A stretch of 63,875 nt of DNA, the filler included. It is 6 parts of 6 records of this genome, joined end to end, with 100 filler letters (N's around TTAATTAATTAA, not from the genome) between each part and the next. Parts side by side here need not be neighbours in the genome. Positions count along the whole stretch, not along the records: positions 41,649 to 57,948 come from SRR31156797_9466; positions 58,049 to 63,875 come from SRR31156797_9471; 4 more parts are not named here. One strand, given 5' to 3'. The translations under genes and the position numbers were made by a program. Below are positions 53,201-63,498 of the stretch, piece by piece. Each line of letters begins with the position of its first letter. Within the stretch, counting starts at the first letter, position 1. The notes under the pieces are model-generated. The model was not told where the DNA came from and did not search any database. It was given only the letters and a program-made list of their open reading frames with translations.

Positions 53201-54632
53201 TGGAGAAGGTGTTTTAGCTCCGCCAATGGCCCTTTCAGCAGCAGTTGATAGTACATCGGTAAGGTTAGATTGGATTTCACCAAATGGTATTCCTGACAAT
53301 GCTTTACAGTATGTTTCAAATGAGATTTCCACTAGTCTTGGATTTTCTGATGGAGGTACATTTAGCGTTGCCGCAAAATTTACGCAACAAGAATTGATGA
53401 CTTTCTCAAATAAATATTTGACAGAGGTTGGATTCATAGTTGCTTCTGATGATGCTGATATTACGGTAAAAGTGTGGACTGGTAATGATGGTGAAAACCT
53501 TATTTATCAGCAAGATGTGTCGGACTTCAATACTTATGAATGGAATGATGTTTCCTTAGATATGCCAATACCATTAATGGATATTGAAACACTGTATATT
53601 GGATATGAAGTTACGCATCCATCATTTAGCTATCCTGCAGCCGTTGATGGAGGACCAGCAGTAACCGGTAAAGGTGATCTGATTTGGATTGATGAGATGG
53701 GATGGGTTTCTTTATCAGAAATGTACGGATTGCAATACAATTTTATGGTGCGAGGTTTAACGAGTATGGATAGTACTATAGTGAACTCACGAAATGTAGA
53801 AGATGTACTGTTAGGTTACAATGTATATAGAAACGGAGATAAATTAAATGTAGATCAGGTTATTACTGAGTCAGAATATACAGACAGTGATCTTACACCA
53901 GGTACTTATTCATATGAAGTAACGGCAGTATACGATATTGGTGAAAGTCCTGCTGTAGGCCCAGTTGTGGTTGACTTTAACGTTGAGCAGTCTCTACCTC
54001 CTGGATGGGGATATACAGCAACAGAAATGACCCATATGATCATGATTCCAGGTGCTGAGTCAAGAATGGCAGCAGCTGCACAAATGGAAGAAGGAGATTT
54101 TATAGGGCTGTTTTTCCCACACAATGGTGAAGAAATTTGCGCTGGAGTGGTGCGTTGGGAGAATAAAGATGTGCTACATTTAACTGCTTATGGCGACAAT
54201 CCTGAAACTTCAATCAAAGAAGGCTTTACCATGGGAGAGCACATGCATTGGAGAGTTTATAAGCAATCAACAGGTGAAGTAATGAAAGCCAATGTTACAT
54301 TTAGTCATGACATGCCTCATTATGATGGAGAATTCCAGATGTTGGGAATGTCAATGGTAACGGATATGTCAATGACACCGCTTTCAACTGAAGAAATGAG
54401 TATTGATAACCTATCAATTTATCCTATGCCTGCAAAAGATTTTGTAAATATTTCTGGATTAGCTCAGAATTCCATTATCACAGTTATCAATAGTAATGGT
54501 CAGATTGTGAAGCAAGAACAATCTTCTGGTTCAGATACTTTTAGAATGGACTTATCCGGATTGAATGGAATTTATATGATTCGTATTCAAAATGGAAAAC
54601 AATTGATGCATAAACCATTAGTAATACAATAA
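50235..54632 (+). CDS. Large T9SS-secreted repeat protein (FN3-like plus ASH/Ig-like domains)
   Basis: Three repeats of A(A/Q)xFxP..LWIGYEV..DxGPAVxGxGD..GYNVYR..YEVTAVY..GES; LxFG..ISNSG domains; C-terminal IYPMPA CTD. Confidence 0.82.
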   Translation: MNRIVLLAILMWSLTATAQQLFPPTNLNSEVNEQNVILTWNEPDTVLTETLTYSSGINISSVGLGGAGSFAVAARFTPNQLSLYDGMAISKVTLFIADNTDDINLKIWKGPNADSLAYIQNIDDVTINTFDEIFLDAPYQIDASDELWIGYEVTGSDSFFPAGFDEGPAVSGFGDMLYFDGEWFSGAEIGFDGNWNIIAHIAVDSKLPVYAGLPVKEEMNFESSTAKLAKVTTETFYLEDFQTRSIEDLLGYNIYKNEVKLNENPVADLTFTDIDVADGLYTYEVTAEYNEGESLPVSTTAYIGDLAFIVEPAEIQDTVHINESAQYVLTVTNTQDIAVSWMANVNHEFMFAHPQSGSLNAGETIDIALFVFNYNINEIATIEDEIEFVEINQGFPLATVPVSITFKGGPLLSVWPHELYFGDVYLGTQASHYVSISNSGTDTLVVNDITSSTTSLNVDVELPIVLPPHEYIYTYATFTGDTLGEVEEEIIISSNDESNPTFSIPVYANVGLEPPVYLFGEVEDSTNVKLEWDMALNFDENWFGWGSNQNYSAVGLGSDGVYYIAQKFNPEDLTELNGQTLSSVAFFPYGILSTYTVHVWQGDGNTDPWVSQAVDNYQSYIWNEVELETPITISDDQELWIAIEIYNAEWEYPIGIDMGPAVEGKGDLLNIGDGWQSFGWGYNWNIKAYATDNQGGIKQPLATNREKLDKYNTQNSFVEIPAKPQLNLRNGADFLGFNVYRDGTQLNTEMLTVKEYTDFDVQDGIYEYGVTAVYDIGESDQTTKIIQTAVPGIVFNPEVIMGNVDAGENTTFDFTISNDGDIDLEFTFSNYYSYYFTVSPESGIVAPGQTIDMELIVDGTYLYPGQFETVLGFEINNINAPYAELPIQLMVGSAGNVEVTVDSLDFGQTLAGNTVVRYVELTNPGNGYAYIDNVSTGTPEFAAYAYSLYLYPNETLQLPVYFMPGSVGTYEDQLEISLYGDSTIVIDLFGEGVLAPPMALSAAVDSTSVRLDWISPNGIPDNALQYVSNEISTSLGFSDGGTFSVAAKFTQQELMTFSNKYLTEVGFIVASDDADITVKVWTGNDGENLIYQQDVSDFNTYEWNDVSLDMPIPLMDIETLYIGYEVTHPSFSYPAAVDGGPAVTGKGDLIWIDEMGWVSLSEMYGLQYNFMVRGLTSMDSTIVNSRNVEDVLLGYNVYRNGDKLNVDQVITESEYTDSDLTPGTYSYEVTAVYDIGESPAVGPVVVDFNVEQSLPPGWGYTATEMTHMIMIPGAESRMAAAAQMEEGDFIGLFFPHNGEEICAGVVRWENKDVLHLTAYGDNPETSIKEGFTMGEHMHWRVYKQSTGEVMKANVTFSHDMPHYDGEFQMLGMSMVTDMSMTPLSTEEMSIDNLSIYPMPAKDFVNISGLAQNSIITVINSNGQIVKQEQSSGSDTFRMDLSGLNGIYMIRIQNGKQLMHKPLVIQ

Positions 54633-54651
54633 TTTGTAACTTGATTTTATT

Positions 54652-54684
54652 GAAGGAGCGTCCATTATGGGCGCTCTTTTTTTT
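54652..54684 (+). terminator. Intrinsic terminator
   Basis: GAGCGTCCA-TTA-TGGGCGCTC plus T8. Confidence 0.8.
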
Positions 54685-54716
54685 GATTTGATGGTTGATT
54701 TTCTTAACTTTTTCCT

Positions 54717-55100
54717 ATGAATCAATGGGTGTTACATTTTCTCGACTATTTTTTTATTGTGTTTCATTCTCTAGTCATTATTGTTAATTTATTTGGCTGG
54801 ATATGGAAGAAAACCCGTAAGCTAAATTTGATTTTACTTACGCTTACCGGATTGTCATGGGGCGTTTTAGGTATATTTTATGGGATGGGTTACTGTCCTT
54901 TAACCGATTGGCATTTTATTGTCCTTTATAAATTAGGCGAATATGGTTTACCCAATTCTTACATTAAGTATTTTTTGGAACGTCTCACAGGATTTACTTT
55001 TGATGCAGTTTTAATAGACAACCTCACGCTGATATTATTTATAATGGCACTAGTTGCATCACTTTTAGTAAATTTCGTATTGGTGAAGAAAAAGAGATAG
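54717..55100 (+). CDS. DUF2784-like membrane protein
   Basis: H in first helix, GYCPLTDWH, SYIKY. Confidence 0.75.
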   Translation: MNQWVLHFLDYFFIVFHSLVIIVNLFGWIWKKTRKLNLILLTLTGLSWGVLGIFYGMGYCPLTDWHFIVLYKLGEYGLPNSYIKYFLERLTGFTFDAVLIDNLTLILFIMALVASLLVNFVLVKKKR

Positions 55101-55309
55101 GCTAGGCCTTCGTTATATTGCAAATATTTCTATACTTAAACCTTTGCTTTGCTATAAGCGAATAGGCATGCAATGTTTAGTAATTAAGCCTACCAAAACA
55201 AAAAATACCTTTTCTTATGCATGAAATATTATTTAATTATTAAATTTGTCAATATCGATCATTACACATATGTGAATTATATCAATAAATATTAACCAAA
55301 TATTTTAAT

Positions 55310-56530
55310 ATGAGAACAATAATTACGTTGTTATTGGTAGCCTTTTCAGCAAGCTTAATGGCCGAAGGTTATCAGGTAAATTTGCAGGGTCAAAAAAACA
55401 CGGGAGCGGGACACACCGGAACCGGTTATGTTTTTGGACCATCTACACTTCATTTTAATCCGGGTGGTTTAGCGCTTTACGACAAGAAGATGTCTTTTAA
55501 CGCCGGAGTATCTTTAATTTTCTCGAACAACATCTTTCAGGCAAATGATTCGTATTACCAGGCTGAAACTGAGAACCCAATTGGAACACCTTTTTATTTC
55601 TACGGGTCTTATAAAGTAAACGATGATTTAGCGGTTGGGTTAGGTGTGAATACGCCATACGGAAACAGGTTAAGTTGGGAAGAAGATTGGGCAGGTAGGT
55701 ATTTGATTAATAGTATTGCTTTGCAATCCATTATGATTCAGCCTACTGTGAGTTACAGAATCAATGATTGGTTAAGTGCAGGAGTTGGTATGATGATAGG
55801 TCTTAATTCTGTAGAACTAAATAAAAGTTTACCAGTAACTGGAGCAGAAGGTGATGGTGAAATTACATTAAGCGGTAGCACTACTACTTTTGGAGTAAAC
55901 GCAGGTTTAATGTTTACAATTACTGATGAATTGACAGCTGGTATTAGTTACCGCAGTCAAATGAAAGCTAAAGTAACCGACGGAACAGCTGAGCTTGATG
56001 TGCCAACTGCAGTTAGTGGATTTTTCCCAGCTGAAACAGGTTTTTCTGCTACACTACCTCTACCAAATAATTATAATTTTGGATTATCTTATAAAGTAAC
56101 TGAAAAACTATTGGTTGCTCTAGATGTGCATTATGTGCAATGGGATGTGTATGATTCGTTGATTTTCGATTTTGAAGATGAAACGGATCTTTTTACAGAT
56201 TCACATAATCCAAGAGAGTATTCTAACTCATTTATTTATAGATTAGGTGCTCAGTATGATTTATTTGATGAGATTACACTTCGTGCAGGAGCATATTACG
56301 ATGCAACGCCAACAAACGAAGAATATTATACTCCTGAAACACCTGGAGCAAATAAAATTGGTATTACCGGTGGTGCTACAATCAGACCATTTGAAAACTT
56401 TGAAATTGATTTATCAATGCTATACATTCATGGCCAGAAGCGTGAAGGAGAATATGTACCTGACAACTTTAAAGGTACATATTACACGAATGCATTCATT
56501 CCTGGTATTGGGCTAACTTACAGCTTCTAA
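55310..56530 (+). CDS. fadL: FadL/OmpP1 long-chain fatty acid outer-membrane transporter
   Basis: EGYQVNLQG, FNPGGL hatch motif, TPYG, IQPTVSY, C-terminal YSF. Confidence 0.88.
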   Translation: MRTIITLLLVAFSASLMAEGYQVNLQGQKNTGAGHTGTGYVFGPSTLHFNPGGLALYDKKMSFNAGVSLIFSNNIFQANDSYYQAETENPIGTPFYFYGSYKVNDDLAVGLGVNTPYGNRLSWEEDWAGRYLINSIALQSIMIQPTVSYRINDWLSAGVGMMIGLNSVELNKSLPVTGAEGDGEITLSGSTTTFGVNAGLMFTITDELTAGISYRSQMKAKVTDGTAELDVPTAVSGFFPAETGFSATLPLPNNYNFGLSYKVTEKLLVALDVHYVQWDVYDSLIFDFEDETDLFTDSHNPREYSNSFIYRLGAQYDLFDEITLRAGAYYDATPTNEEYYTPETPGANKIGITGGATIRPFENFEIDLSMLYIHGQKREGEYVPDNFKGTYYTNAFIPGIGLTYSF

Positions 56531-56563
56531 TCAATTATTTTGTCGAAATTAAATCAAAGAACT

Positions 56564-57898
56564 ATGTTAAAAAATACCATATATTTTCTAGTGTTAGCGC
56601 TGATTATGAGCGCATGTACGCTTGAGCCGGAAGAGTTTGAGGCAAGCAAGGGTACGGCAGATTTTACGAAAACTATTTTTATCGGGAATAGCCTTACAGC
56701 AGGTTTTCGCGATGGAGAGGTATACCGGTCAGGACAAATGGAATCATTCCCAGCTATCATTGCACAAAGCTTAATAGAATCTGGCTTGATGAGTTCATTC
56801 AAACAACCTCTTATGCCAGATGAATTAGGATTTGGGGAACGTTTGAAAATGGGATATCCGGTTGATTGTAATGGAGATGTAAGTCTAGGACCAATTCCTT
56901 ATGGTGGAACACCATCTCAAGAATCTTTTGCAAATATTGCTGCAGAAGGCCCATTTCAAAATCTTGGAGTACCAGGAGCTCAGGTAATTCATATTGATTA
57001 TGCAGGTTATGGTTCACCACAAGGCAATCCTTATTTTGCACGTTTTGCATCTGATCCAATGGCAACAATTTTAGATGAAGCCATAGCTCAAGAACCTACT
57101 TTTGCAGTTGTTTGGATTGGTAATAATGATGTATTAGGTTTTGCAACTTCAGGTGGTGTTGCCCCAATTACAGATGAGGTGATGTTTGAAGGAGCTTTGA
57201 CTAATATTATTAATTCACTTCATACTGCAGGTGCTAAAGGTGTAATGTGTAATATACCAGATGTTACATCAACGGCCTATTTTACTACTGTACCTTATAA
57301 CCCAATTCCGCTTACAAGACAAGGTCAGGTTGACTCTTTAATGATGGCATATGCTCAATATAATGATGCTGCGACGCAGTTTAGTCTTCCTACAATTGAA
57401 TTTGCGCTAGGAGCAAATGCTATGGTTATTGAAGATAATAACCCTCCTTATGATGCACTAGGTGGACTTCGTCAGATTAAATCAAACGAACTTGTTTTAC
57501 TTACTATTCCACAAGATTCAATTAAATGTTATGGTTGGGGAACACAAATCCCTGTCCCTGAGGAATATGTATTGACAGAGGATGAGTTGGATGAAATTGC
57601 TGCTGCAACTCTTGCATTCAATACGTCAATAAATACTGTTGCTGAGTCATTTGGCTGGGGAGTTACGGATGTTAATGGATTTTTAGATAATGTCGCTGCA
57701 AACGGTTTAAGAATAGAAGGTAAGAACTATACTACAACTTTTGGTACGGGTAATTTATTCTCGCTTGATGGCATTCACCTTACAGGAAATGGAAATGCGA
57801 TTGTAGCCAATGAAATTATTGAAACCATCAATGCTACTTACAATGCTTCAATTCCTAAAGCAATGGTTAGCCAATACACAGGTATTGAGTTACCATAA
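56564..57898 (+). CDS. SGNH/GDSL hydrolase lipoprotein
   Basis: Lipobox MSAC; GNSLTAG, NLGVPG, WIGNND, DGIH. Confidence 0.88.
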   Translation: MLKNTIYFLVLALIMSACTLEPEEFEASKGTADFTKTIFIGNSLTAGFRDGEVYRSGQMESFPAIIAQSLIESGLMSSFKQPLMPDELGFGERLKMGYPVDCNGDVSLGPIPYGGTPSQESFANIAAEGPFQNLGVPGAQVIHIDYAGYGSPQGNPYFARFASDPMATILDEAIAQEPTFAVVWIGNNDVLGFATSGGVAPITDEVMFEGALTNIINSLHTAGAKGVMCNIPDVTSTAYFTTVPYNPIPLTRQGQVDSLMMAYAQYNDAATQFSLPTIEFALGANAMVIEDNNPPYDALGGLRQIKSNELVLLTIPQDSIKCYGWGTQIPVPEEYVLTEDELDEIAAATLAFNTSINTVAESFGWGVTDVNGFLDNVAANGLRIEGKNYTTTFGTGNLFSLDGIHLTGNGNAIVANEIIETINATYNASIPKAMVSQYTGIELP

Positions 57899-57920
57899 AT
57901 AAAATATTTTATAAAAGTAA

Positions 57921-57948
57921 GAGGCCGTCTCAAAAGTAAAACTTTGAG
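57921..57948. repeat. Start of a palindromic intergenic repeat at the contig break
   Basis: GAGGCCGTCTCAAAAG-TAAAA-CTTTGAG, cut off by the spacer. Confidence 0.45.
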
Positions 57949-58048
57949 NNNNNNNNNNNNNNNNNNNNNNNNNNNNNNNNNNNNNNNNNNNNTTAATTAA
58001 TTAANNNNNNNNNNNNNNNNNNNNNNNNNNNNNNNNNNNNNNNNNNNN
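57949..58048. other. Artificial contig spacer
   Basis: N44-TTAATTAATTAA-N44. Confidence 0.99.
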
Positions 58049-60084
58049 ATTTTTGGTCAACAGGAAAAATCCAGCGCGAATACAGGTATTATTTCAAACG
58101 ACAGGAGGAAGATCCAGGTTGGTTACAATTGAGGTTGGCCAAAAAGGACGATAAGGTAAAAATACTTCCACCAACCAACCTGATACCTGGTGAACAAATG
58201 GATTTTGCATTTATGGAGTTAACTGCTCCAACCAGTGCTGCGTGTAATTATGATTTTAACAATTTAATGGTTCCGTTTTTTTGTGTGGCCGCCAATGTTA
58301 ACGAAAGTAAACCATTGGTATTGCGTAGCGGAGATCTGGGTAATGCCATACGGGCATCGATGACGGTTCCACTGTATTTTAAACCCATAGAAATTGAGGG
58401 GAAACTTTTGTTCGACGGTGGTTTACTTAACAACTTTCCGACTGATTATATGAAGGATATTTTTAACCCTGACATAATAATTGGGCATAAAGTTGCCGAT
58501 GATGTTAAAGCTGCTGATGCCGACGATGTAATGCAACAAATCTCGAACATGCTAATGCGTCCCACAAACTTTGAGATAAAAGAGTCGGACGGTATTTTGC
58601 TCGAAACAAAATTTGACGATATTGGCTTACTTGATTTTAATAAAATTGACGTGGTTTTAGAACGAGGGAAACAAACTGCAACAGCATCGCTCGACAGTAT
58701 TAAGAAAATTATAGACCGTAGAGTTAGTAAGGAGGAAATACAAAAAAAACGCGATAATTTTAATTCACAAAAGCCAGAACTTTTTTTTCAAAACATTCAG
58801 GTTGAAGGTGTTAAAGATCCAATGCAAAGGCAGTTTATTATACAAAGTATAAAACACCGCCATAATGTGGTATCCCTGCCAACACTTAAAACGGAATATT
58901 TTAAATTGGTAGCCGACGACCAGCTAAAATCGATTCAACCCTTAACCCGGTACAATAAAGAAACCGGTTATTTTGATTTGCACCTAAAGGTTGAACCTGA
59001 AAAACGAGCTGATTTAAGCATTGGTGGTAACTTATCGACAAAACCAATTAACCAGGGATTTGCGGCATTTAATTTCCGGACTTATAAGAGCCGGGCTTAT
59101 TCGTTTCATTCCAACTTATATTTTGGCCGTTTTTACAGCTCTTTTAAACTGGGAGGAAGAATTGACTACCCTACACAGCTTCCATTTTACCTCGAGTCGT
59201 ATTTTACAATGAACCGGTGGGACTACTACTCCACCAGCACCGAGTTGTTCTTTGAAGATGTACGACCACCGTACATTATTAAGGATGAAAGCAGTTTGCG
59301 CATTGAATCCGGGTTCCCTCTGGGGCTTCATAGTAAACTTTATGGTGGAACTGCTTATTCTTCAGCTACCGACGAGTATTACCAAACTGAAATATTTAAA
59401 AAAGAAGACTCGCCTGATAAAACAACGTTTAACGCTTTTGTTGCCAAATTGGGTTTCGAAAATAATTCGCTAAACTACAAACAGTATGCAACAGAAGGAA
59501 CACACCGTGGTATTGACACACGATACATTACAGGAAAGGAAATTCATTATCCCGGAAGTACATCGGAATCAAAAGGTAAGCTTGAAACAAATCACAACTA
59601 CTTTCAGCTAAAAGCTCATTCCATTCGTTATTTCAAGATCAGCAAAAGTTTTGTTCTGGGTACACATTTAGAAGGATTTTTAAGTACCAAAGATCCTTTT
59701 CGGAATTACATGTCGACCAAATTATTTGCTCCGGCATTTACTCCAACACCACATAGTAAATCGTTGTTTATCGATAATTTTCGCGCAAACAATTATGTTG
59801 CCGGGGGATTAAAGTTGTTATATAATTTTTCTCCTGAAATGCATTTCAGATTAGAAGGATATGGTTTTTTACCCATATATGAAGAAATCGAACAAGACAA
59901 TTTATCGGTAACTGAAAGTGATCGTTTTTTTAACAATTATTATTTGCAGGGAATGGCTTCAATGGTCTATCAAACGGCTCTGGGTCCGGTTAGCCTGTCG
60001 CTGAATTACTACGATAAAAGCGACACAAAATTGTACCTGACCCTTAACTTTGGTTATATCTTGTTTAATAAGCGTGGATTATAA
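58049..60084 (+). CDS. Patatin-like phospholipase with C-terminal beta-barrel, 5'-truncated
   Basis: PFFCVA, AIRASM, FDGG..NNFP; GPVSLSLNYY..LNFGY end; frame open to contig start. Confidence 0.85.
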
Positions 60085-60214
60085 AATTTTAGGTTAAAAG
60101 TCCTGGTATTTTAGTAACGCTAATTGCAATCACATCAGCGAAAGACTGCTGTTTGCCATTACCCTGTTGTTTCGTAAAAAACAAACAAAGCGACAGCCTA
60201 TACCAAACCTTACA

Positions 60215-60562
60215 CTAACCTCGCACATGATTTACCATGTTCAGTGGCAGCACAAAAGATATTTCTACAACACCACAAAATTCACCATTTTGCATCCAGG
60301 GTTTCTGCAAAATAATTTTTTTCACCCCTTTCTTTTCCGTGGTATAAATATTCTCCTCCGGAGCCTTTAACATTTTCTTTAGTTTCGTTTTTGATGGTTC
60401 GGGATGACAATCTAACAAATTAGAGCCGATTAAACTTTCACCACCGTATTTTTCAAATTGCTTAATTGAGTATTCATTCATATAAACAATAATACCATCC
60501 CGGTTGCATACCGTAACGGCGCCATTAAATTCATCGGCCCAATTTATCTCTTTTCCTTCCAT
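60215..60562 (-). CDS. Stand-alone PAS-domain protein
   Basis: VTVCNRDGIIVYMN, LIGSNLLDCHP. Confidence 0.8.
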   Translation of the reverse strand: MEGKEINWADEFNGAVTVCNRDGIIVYMNEYSIKQFEKYGGESLIGSNLLDCHPEPSKTKLKKMLKAPEENIYTTEKKGVKKIILQKPWMQNGEFCGVVEISFVLPLNMVNHVRG

Positions 60563-60564
60563 TC

Positions 60565-62382
60565 TTACTTTTTCCGGTAGAACTTAATCCAGTCAACGTT
60601 AAAATGAACCGAACTGGCAGCCAATTTATCAACTACCATACTTGAAACACAAATACTTAGTGGTTGATCTAACTTGTTGTAATTTGTTTGTAATACTTCC
60701 GTTTCATTAATTTTCCAGGTGAATGTGCTTCCCGATTTTTCGATAGCAAAAATATAGCTACCTTTTTTAAGATTATCGATCTCCAGTCCTTCAATCTTTA
60801 CCTTATCATCGGTTCCAAGAGTAGAAATTCCCAGTGCATTTTTCGCCCCTATTTCTACCAGATTTAATCGTGGCATTGGGCTTTCATTGTTTAAGTAAAA
60901 CGAACTGGCAACTTGCTTTATAGGATCGAATTTTATTTTTGCTTCCAAAATACCATCCTGCATCGTAAACTTGTCACCTGTTGTTACCATTCCTGCACTA
61001 TACTCGAAATCGGTTGGAACAAAGCCAGCCGGCATTTGCCATGTTACCCCTTTTGTTAGTTCTCGTTTAACCTGAATAGTTAGCCCTTTTCCTGTTTGAA
61101 TATTTTTACCGTTGGTAAAAAGACTTAAATCGTTAGGCATTGCATAATTTTCGCCCAACGTTTTTTCTGCCGCCAAAGTACAGGTTGTCCACTTTTTATC
61201 GTCTAACCTTTCTGTTTCAAAGGTATCTTCAAAAGCCACCTCCCAATTTTTCAAAAAGTCAAAGTCGTTGCTATCCTTGTACATAAAGTATTTTACAAAC
61301 TCGGGGCGCTTTTTATCCTGTTCGTATTTCTGAAATTTCTGAAATTCCTCGGTTTTTTCCCAACGTTTTTTATCCTCTAACCACGCTTTTCGTTTTTTGT
61401 ATTCTTCCGATTCAACCAAATCTTTTAGTTCAGAATATCGCTTCAGATCAAAAGAATCTTTTACATCAAGGTAGTTTTTATATAATTTCGATTTTTCAAA
61501 AGCCAAAACAAATTTAACCACAGAATCTGCTGAAAGTCGTTTAAATTCTGAGTACTTTTTGTAAGCTTCACTTTTTTCAAATTTCTTGTTGTCTTTTAGG
61601 TAAACCTCCCTTGTTTTAAATTCTTTGGTATTCACATATTCTTTTAACTCATTATACCGGGTTAAATCATGACTTCCCGTAACTTCCCGGTAGAACTTCA
61701 GCTTTTTCGATTTTTCAAATCGGAAGTATGCTTTTATTTCCGCATCCTTTTTCAGGCTTTTAAACTCTTTCTTGCTAGCTTTATCCGAATCGGCAACATT
61801 TTTTAAGACATTATACCTTTCCAATTTTTCAGAACCCTCAAAAGCTTCATGCTTTTTTAATTGTTGTGAACCTTCCAGTTCCTTATAAGCTCTAAAAGCT
61901 GCTGATTTATCGAGCCGTTTAAAATCCTTAAAATGTTTCTCTTCAACCGAACCTTTAAAAACCTGACTTTTTATTTCCTTTTTCTCCTTCTCAAACTGAC
62001 CTTTCTTTACGTATTCTTCCAGGGCATAGAATTCTTTCATTCGTTGCCCTGCTTTTTCATTTTCATATTTAGAAAGATCAGAAGAAGCTTCAATTTTAAA
62101 ATAATTTCTTATACGGGCAGCCTTGTGCAAACGCTGAAATTCAACCAGTTGCTTTTCCTCTTCACTGCCTTTGTATTTTAAACTTTCAATTTCCTTCTTT
62201 TTGGAATTAAACACTGCCGATTTTACAAAATCTTCCAGTTTAAGAAAAGCCTTTAATTCTTCTGATTGCTCAGTTTTCTGGAATTCTTCGAAATCATCTG
62301 CTAATTGCTTTCTTTTCTTCTCAATTGTTTCTACCGGTTTAATTTTGCCGGTTAGCTGAAGCGAAAAAATTTTAAATGACAT
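60565..62382 (-). CDS. K/E/F/Y-rich helical repeat protein with C-terminal GH16-like domain
   Basis: WEVAFEDTF..LDDKKW, YSAGMVTT, GILEAKIK, VDWIKFY; about 5 N-terminal repeats; ATG 62382 follows a TATTTTTG -7 element. Confidence 0.75.
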   Translation of the reverse strand: MSFKIFSLQLTGKIKPVETIEKKRKQLADDFEEFQKTEQSEELKAFLKLEDFVKSAVFNSKKKEIESLKYKGSEEEKQLVEFQRLHKAARIRNYFKIEASSDLSKYENEKAGQRMKEFYALEEYVKKGQFEKEKKEIKSQVFKGSVEEKHFKDFKRLDKSAAFRAYKELEGSQQLKKHEAFEGSEKLERYNVLKNVADSDKASKKEFKSLKKDAEIKAYFRFEKSKKLKFYREVTGSHDLTRYNELKEYVNTKEFKTREVYLKDNKKFEKSEAYKKYSEFKRLSADSVVKFVLAFEKSKLYKNYLDVKDSFDLKRYSELKDLVESEEYKKRKAWLEDKKRWEKTEEFQKFQKYEQDKKRPEFVKYFMYKDSNDFDFLKNWEVAFEDTFETERLDDKKWTTCTLAAEKTLGENYAMPNDLSLFTNGKNIQTGKGLTIQVKRELTKGVTWQMPAGFVPTDFEYSAGMVTTGDKFTMQDGILEAKIKFDPIKQVASSFYLNNESPMPRLNLVEIGAKNALGISTLGTDDKVKIEGLEIDNLKKGSYIFAIEKSGSTFTWKINETEVLQTNYNKLDQPLSICVSSMVVDKLAASSVHFNVDWIKFYRKK

Positions 62383-62627
62383 CCGGTTAGTTCTTAGATT
62401 CGTATTACATTCAAAAATAAAAATTAAACACATTAATCCATACCAAAACACAACATTCATCAAATAAGTGTTGAAATTAACGCATTGTATTTAACATATT
62501 AATTGTTTTTAACAAAAAATGGATTAAAAAAGCCTATTCAAAAGCTTTACTGTTTATATGTTTTCGGCACTATTATTGGCTGTCCACCTTATTTTAAATA
62601 GATTTGATCATATTGAAACGGGAAATA

Positions 62628-63497
62628 ATGATTAAACATTCTGAACTGATCTTAAATAGCGACGGCACGATTTTCCATCTTCATTTAAAACCGGAGAATA
62701 TTGCCAGAAAAATCATACTTGTTGGTGATCCGGCTCGTGTGGATACTGTAGCTTCATTTTTTGATGAAACAACATTTTCTACTCAAAACCGCGAATTTAA
62801 AACAACAACCGGAAGCTATAAGGGTAAACAAATATCAGTGGTCTCAACGGGCATCGGAACTGATAACATTGATATTGTATTAAACGAATTAGATGCTCTG
62901 GTAAACATCGACTTAAAAAAACGCAAAGTAAAAGACAGGCATGTGCCGCTTGATTTGGTACGAATTGGTACTTCCGGAGGATTACAAACCGATTTGCCGG
63001 TTAACTCGTATGTTGTTTCAGAAAAATCAATTGGTTTTGACGGGCTATTAAATTTTTATGCCAACCGGAAAGATTTTTGTGATCTTGATTTTGAGAAGGC
63101 TTTTAAAAATCATACGAATTGGAATCACGACCTGGCAGCACCGTATACAGTTGATGCTTCAGAAGAATTGCTGATCAAGTTTGATACCCAGGAATTTAAA
63201 AAAGGAGTAAACATCTCTGCTCCCGGATTTTACGCACCACAGGGAAGGGAATTGCGACTTGGGCTTGCCTACCCTAACCTTAACGAACTAATCGAGTCAT
63301 TTTCGTATAAGAAATTGCGTATTACAAATTTTGAAATGGAAAGTTCTGCAATTTATGGTTTAGCCAAAATGCTTGGGCACAATGCTCTTACTATTTGTTT
63401 GATTATTGCCAACAGGGTAACGCTTACAGCAAATGAAAATTACAGGACCGAAATGGCAAAATTGATAAAGAAGGTTTTAGACAACTTAATCCGATAA
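62628..63497 (+). CDS. Nucleoside (uridine) phosphorylase family protein
   Basis: VGDPARV, REF, STGIG, RIGTSG, FYAPQGR, NFEMESS. Confidence 0.92.
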   Translation: MIKHSELILNSDGTIFHLHLKPENIARKIILVGDPARVDTVASFFDETTFSTQNREFKTTTGSYKGKQISVVSTGIGTDNIDIVLNELDALVNIDLKKRKVKDRHVPLDLVRIGTSGGLQTDLPVNSYVVSEKSIGFDGLLNFYANRKDFCDLDFEKAFKNHTNWNHDLAAPYTVDASEELLIKFDTQEFKKGVNISAPGFYAPQGRELRLGLAYPNLNELIESFSYKKLRITNFEMESSAIYGLAKMLGHNALTICLIIANRVTLTANENYRTEMAKLIKKVLDNLIR

Positions 63498-63498
63498 T

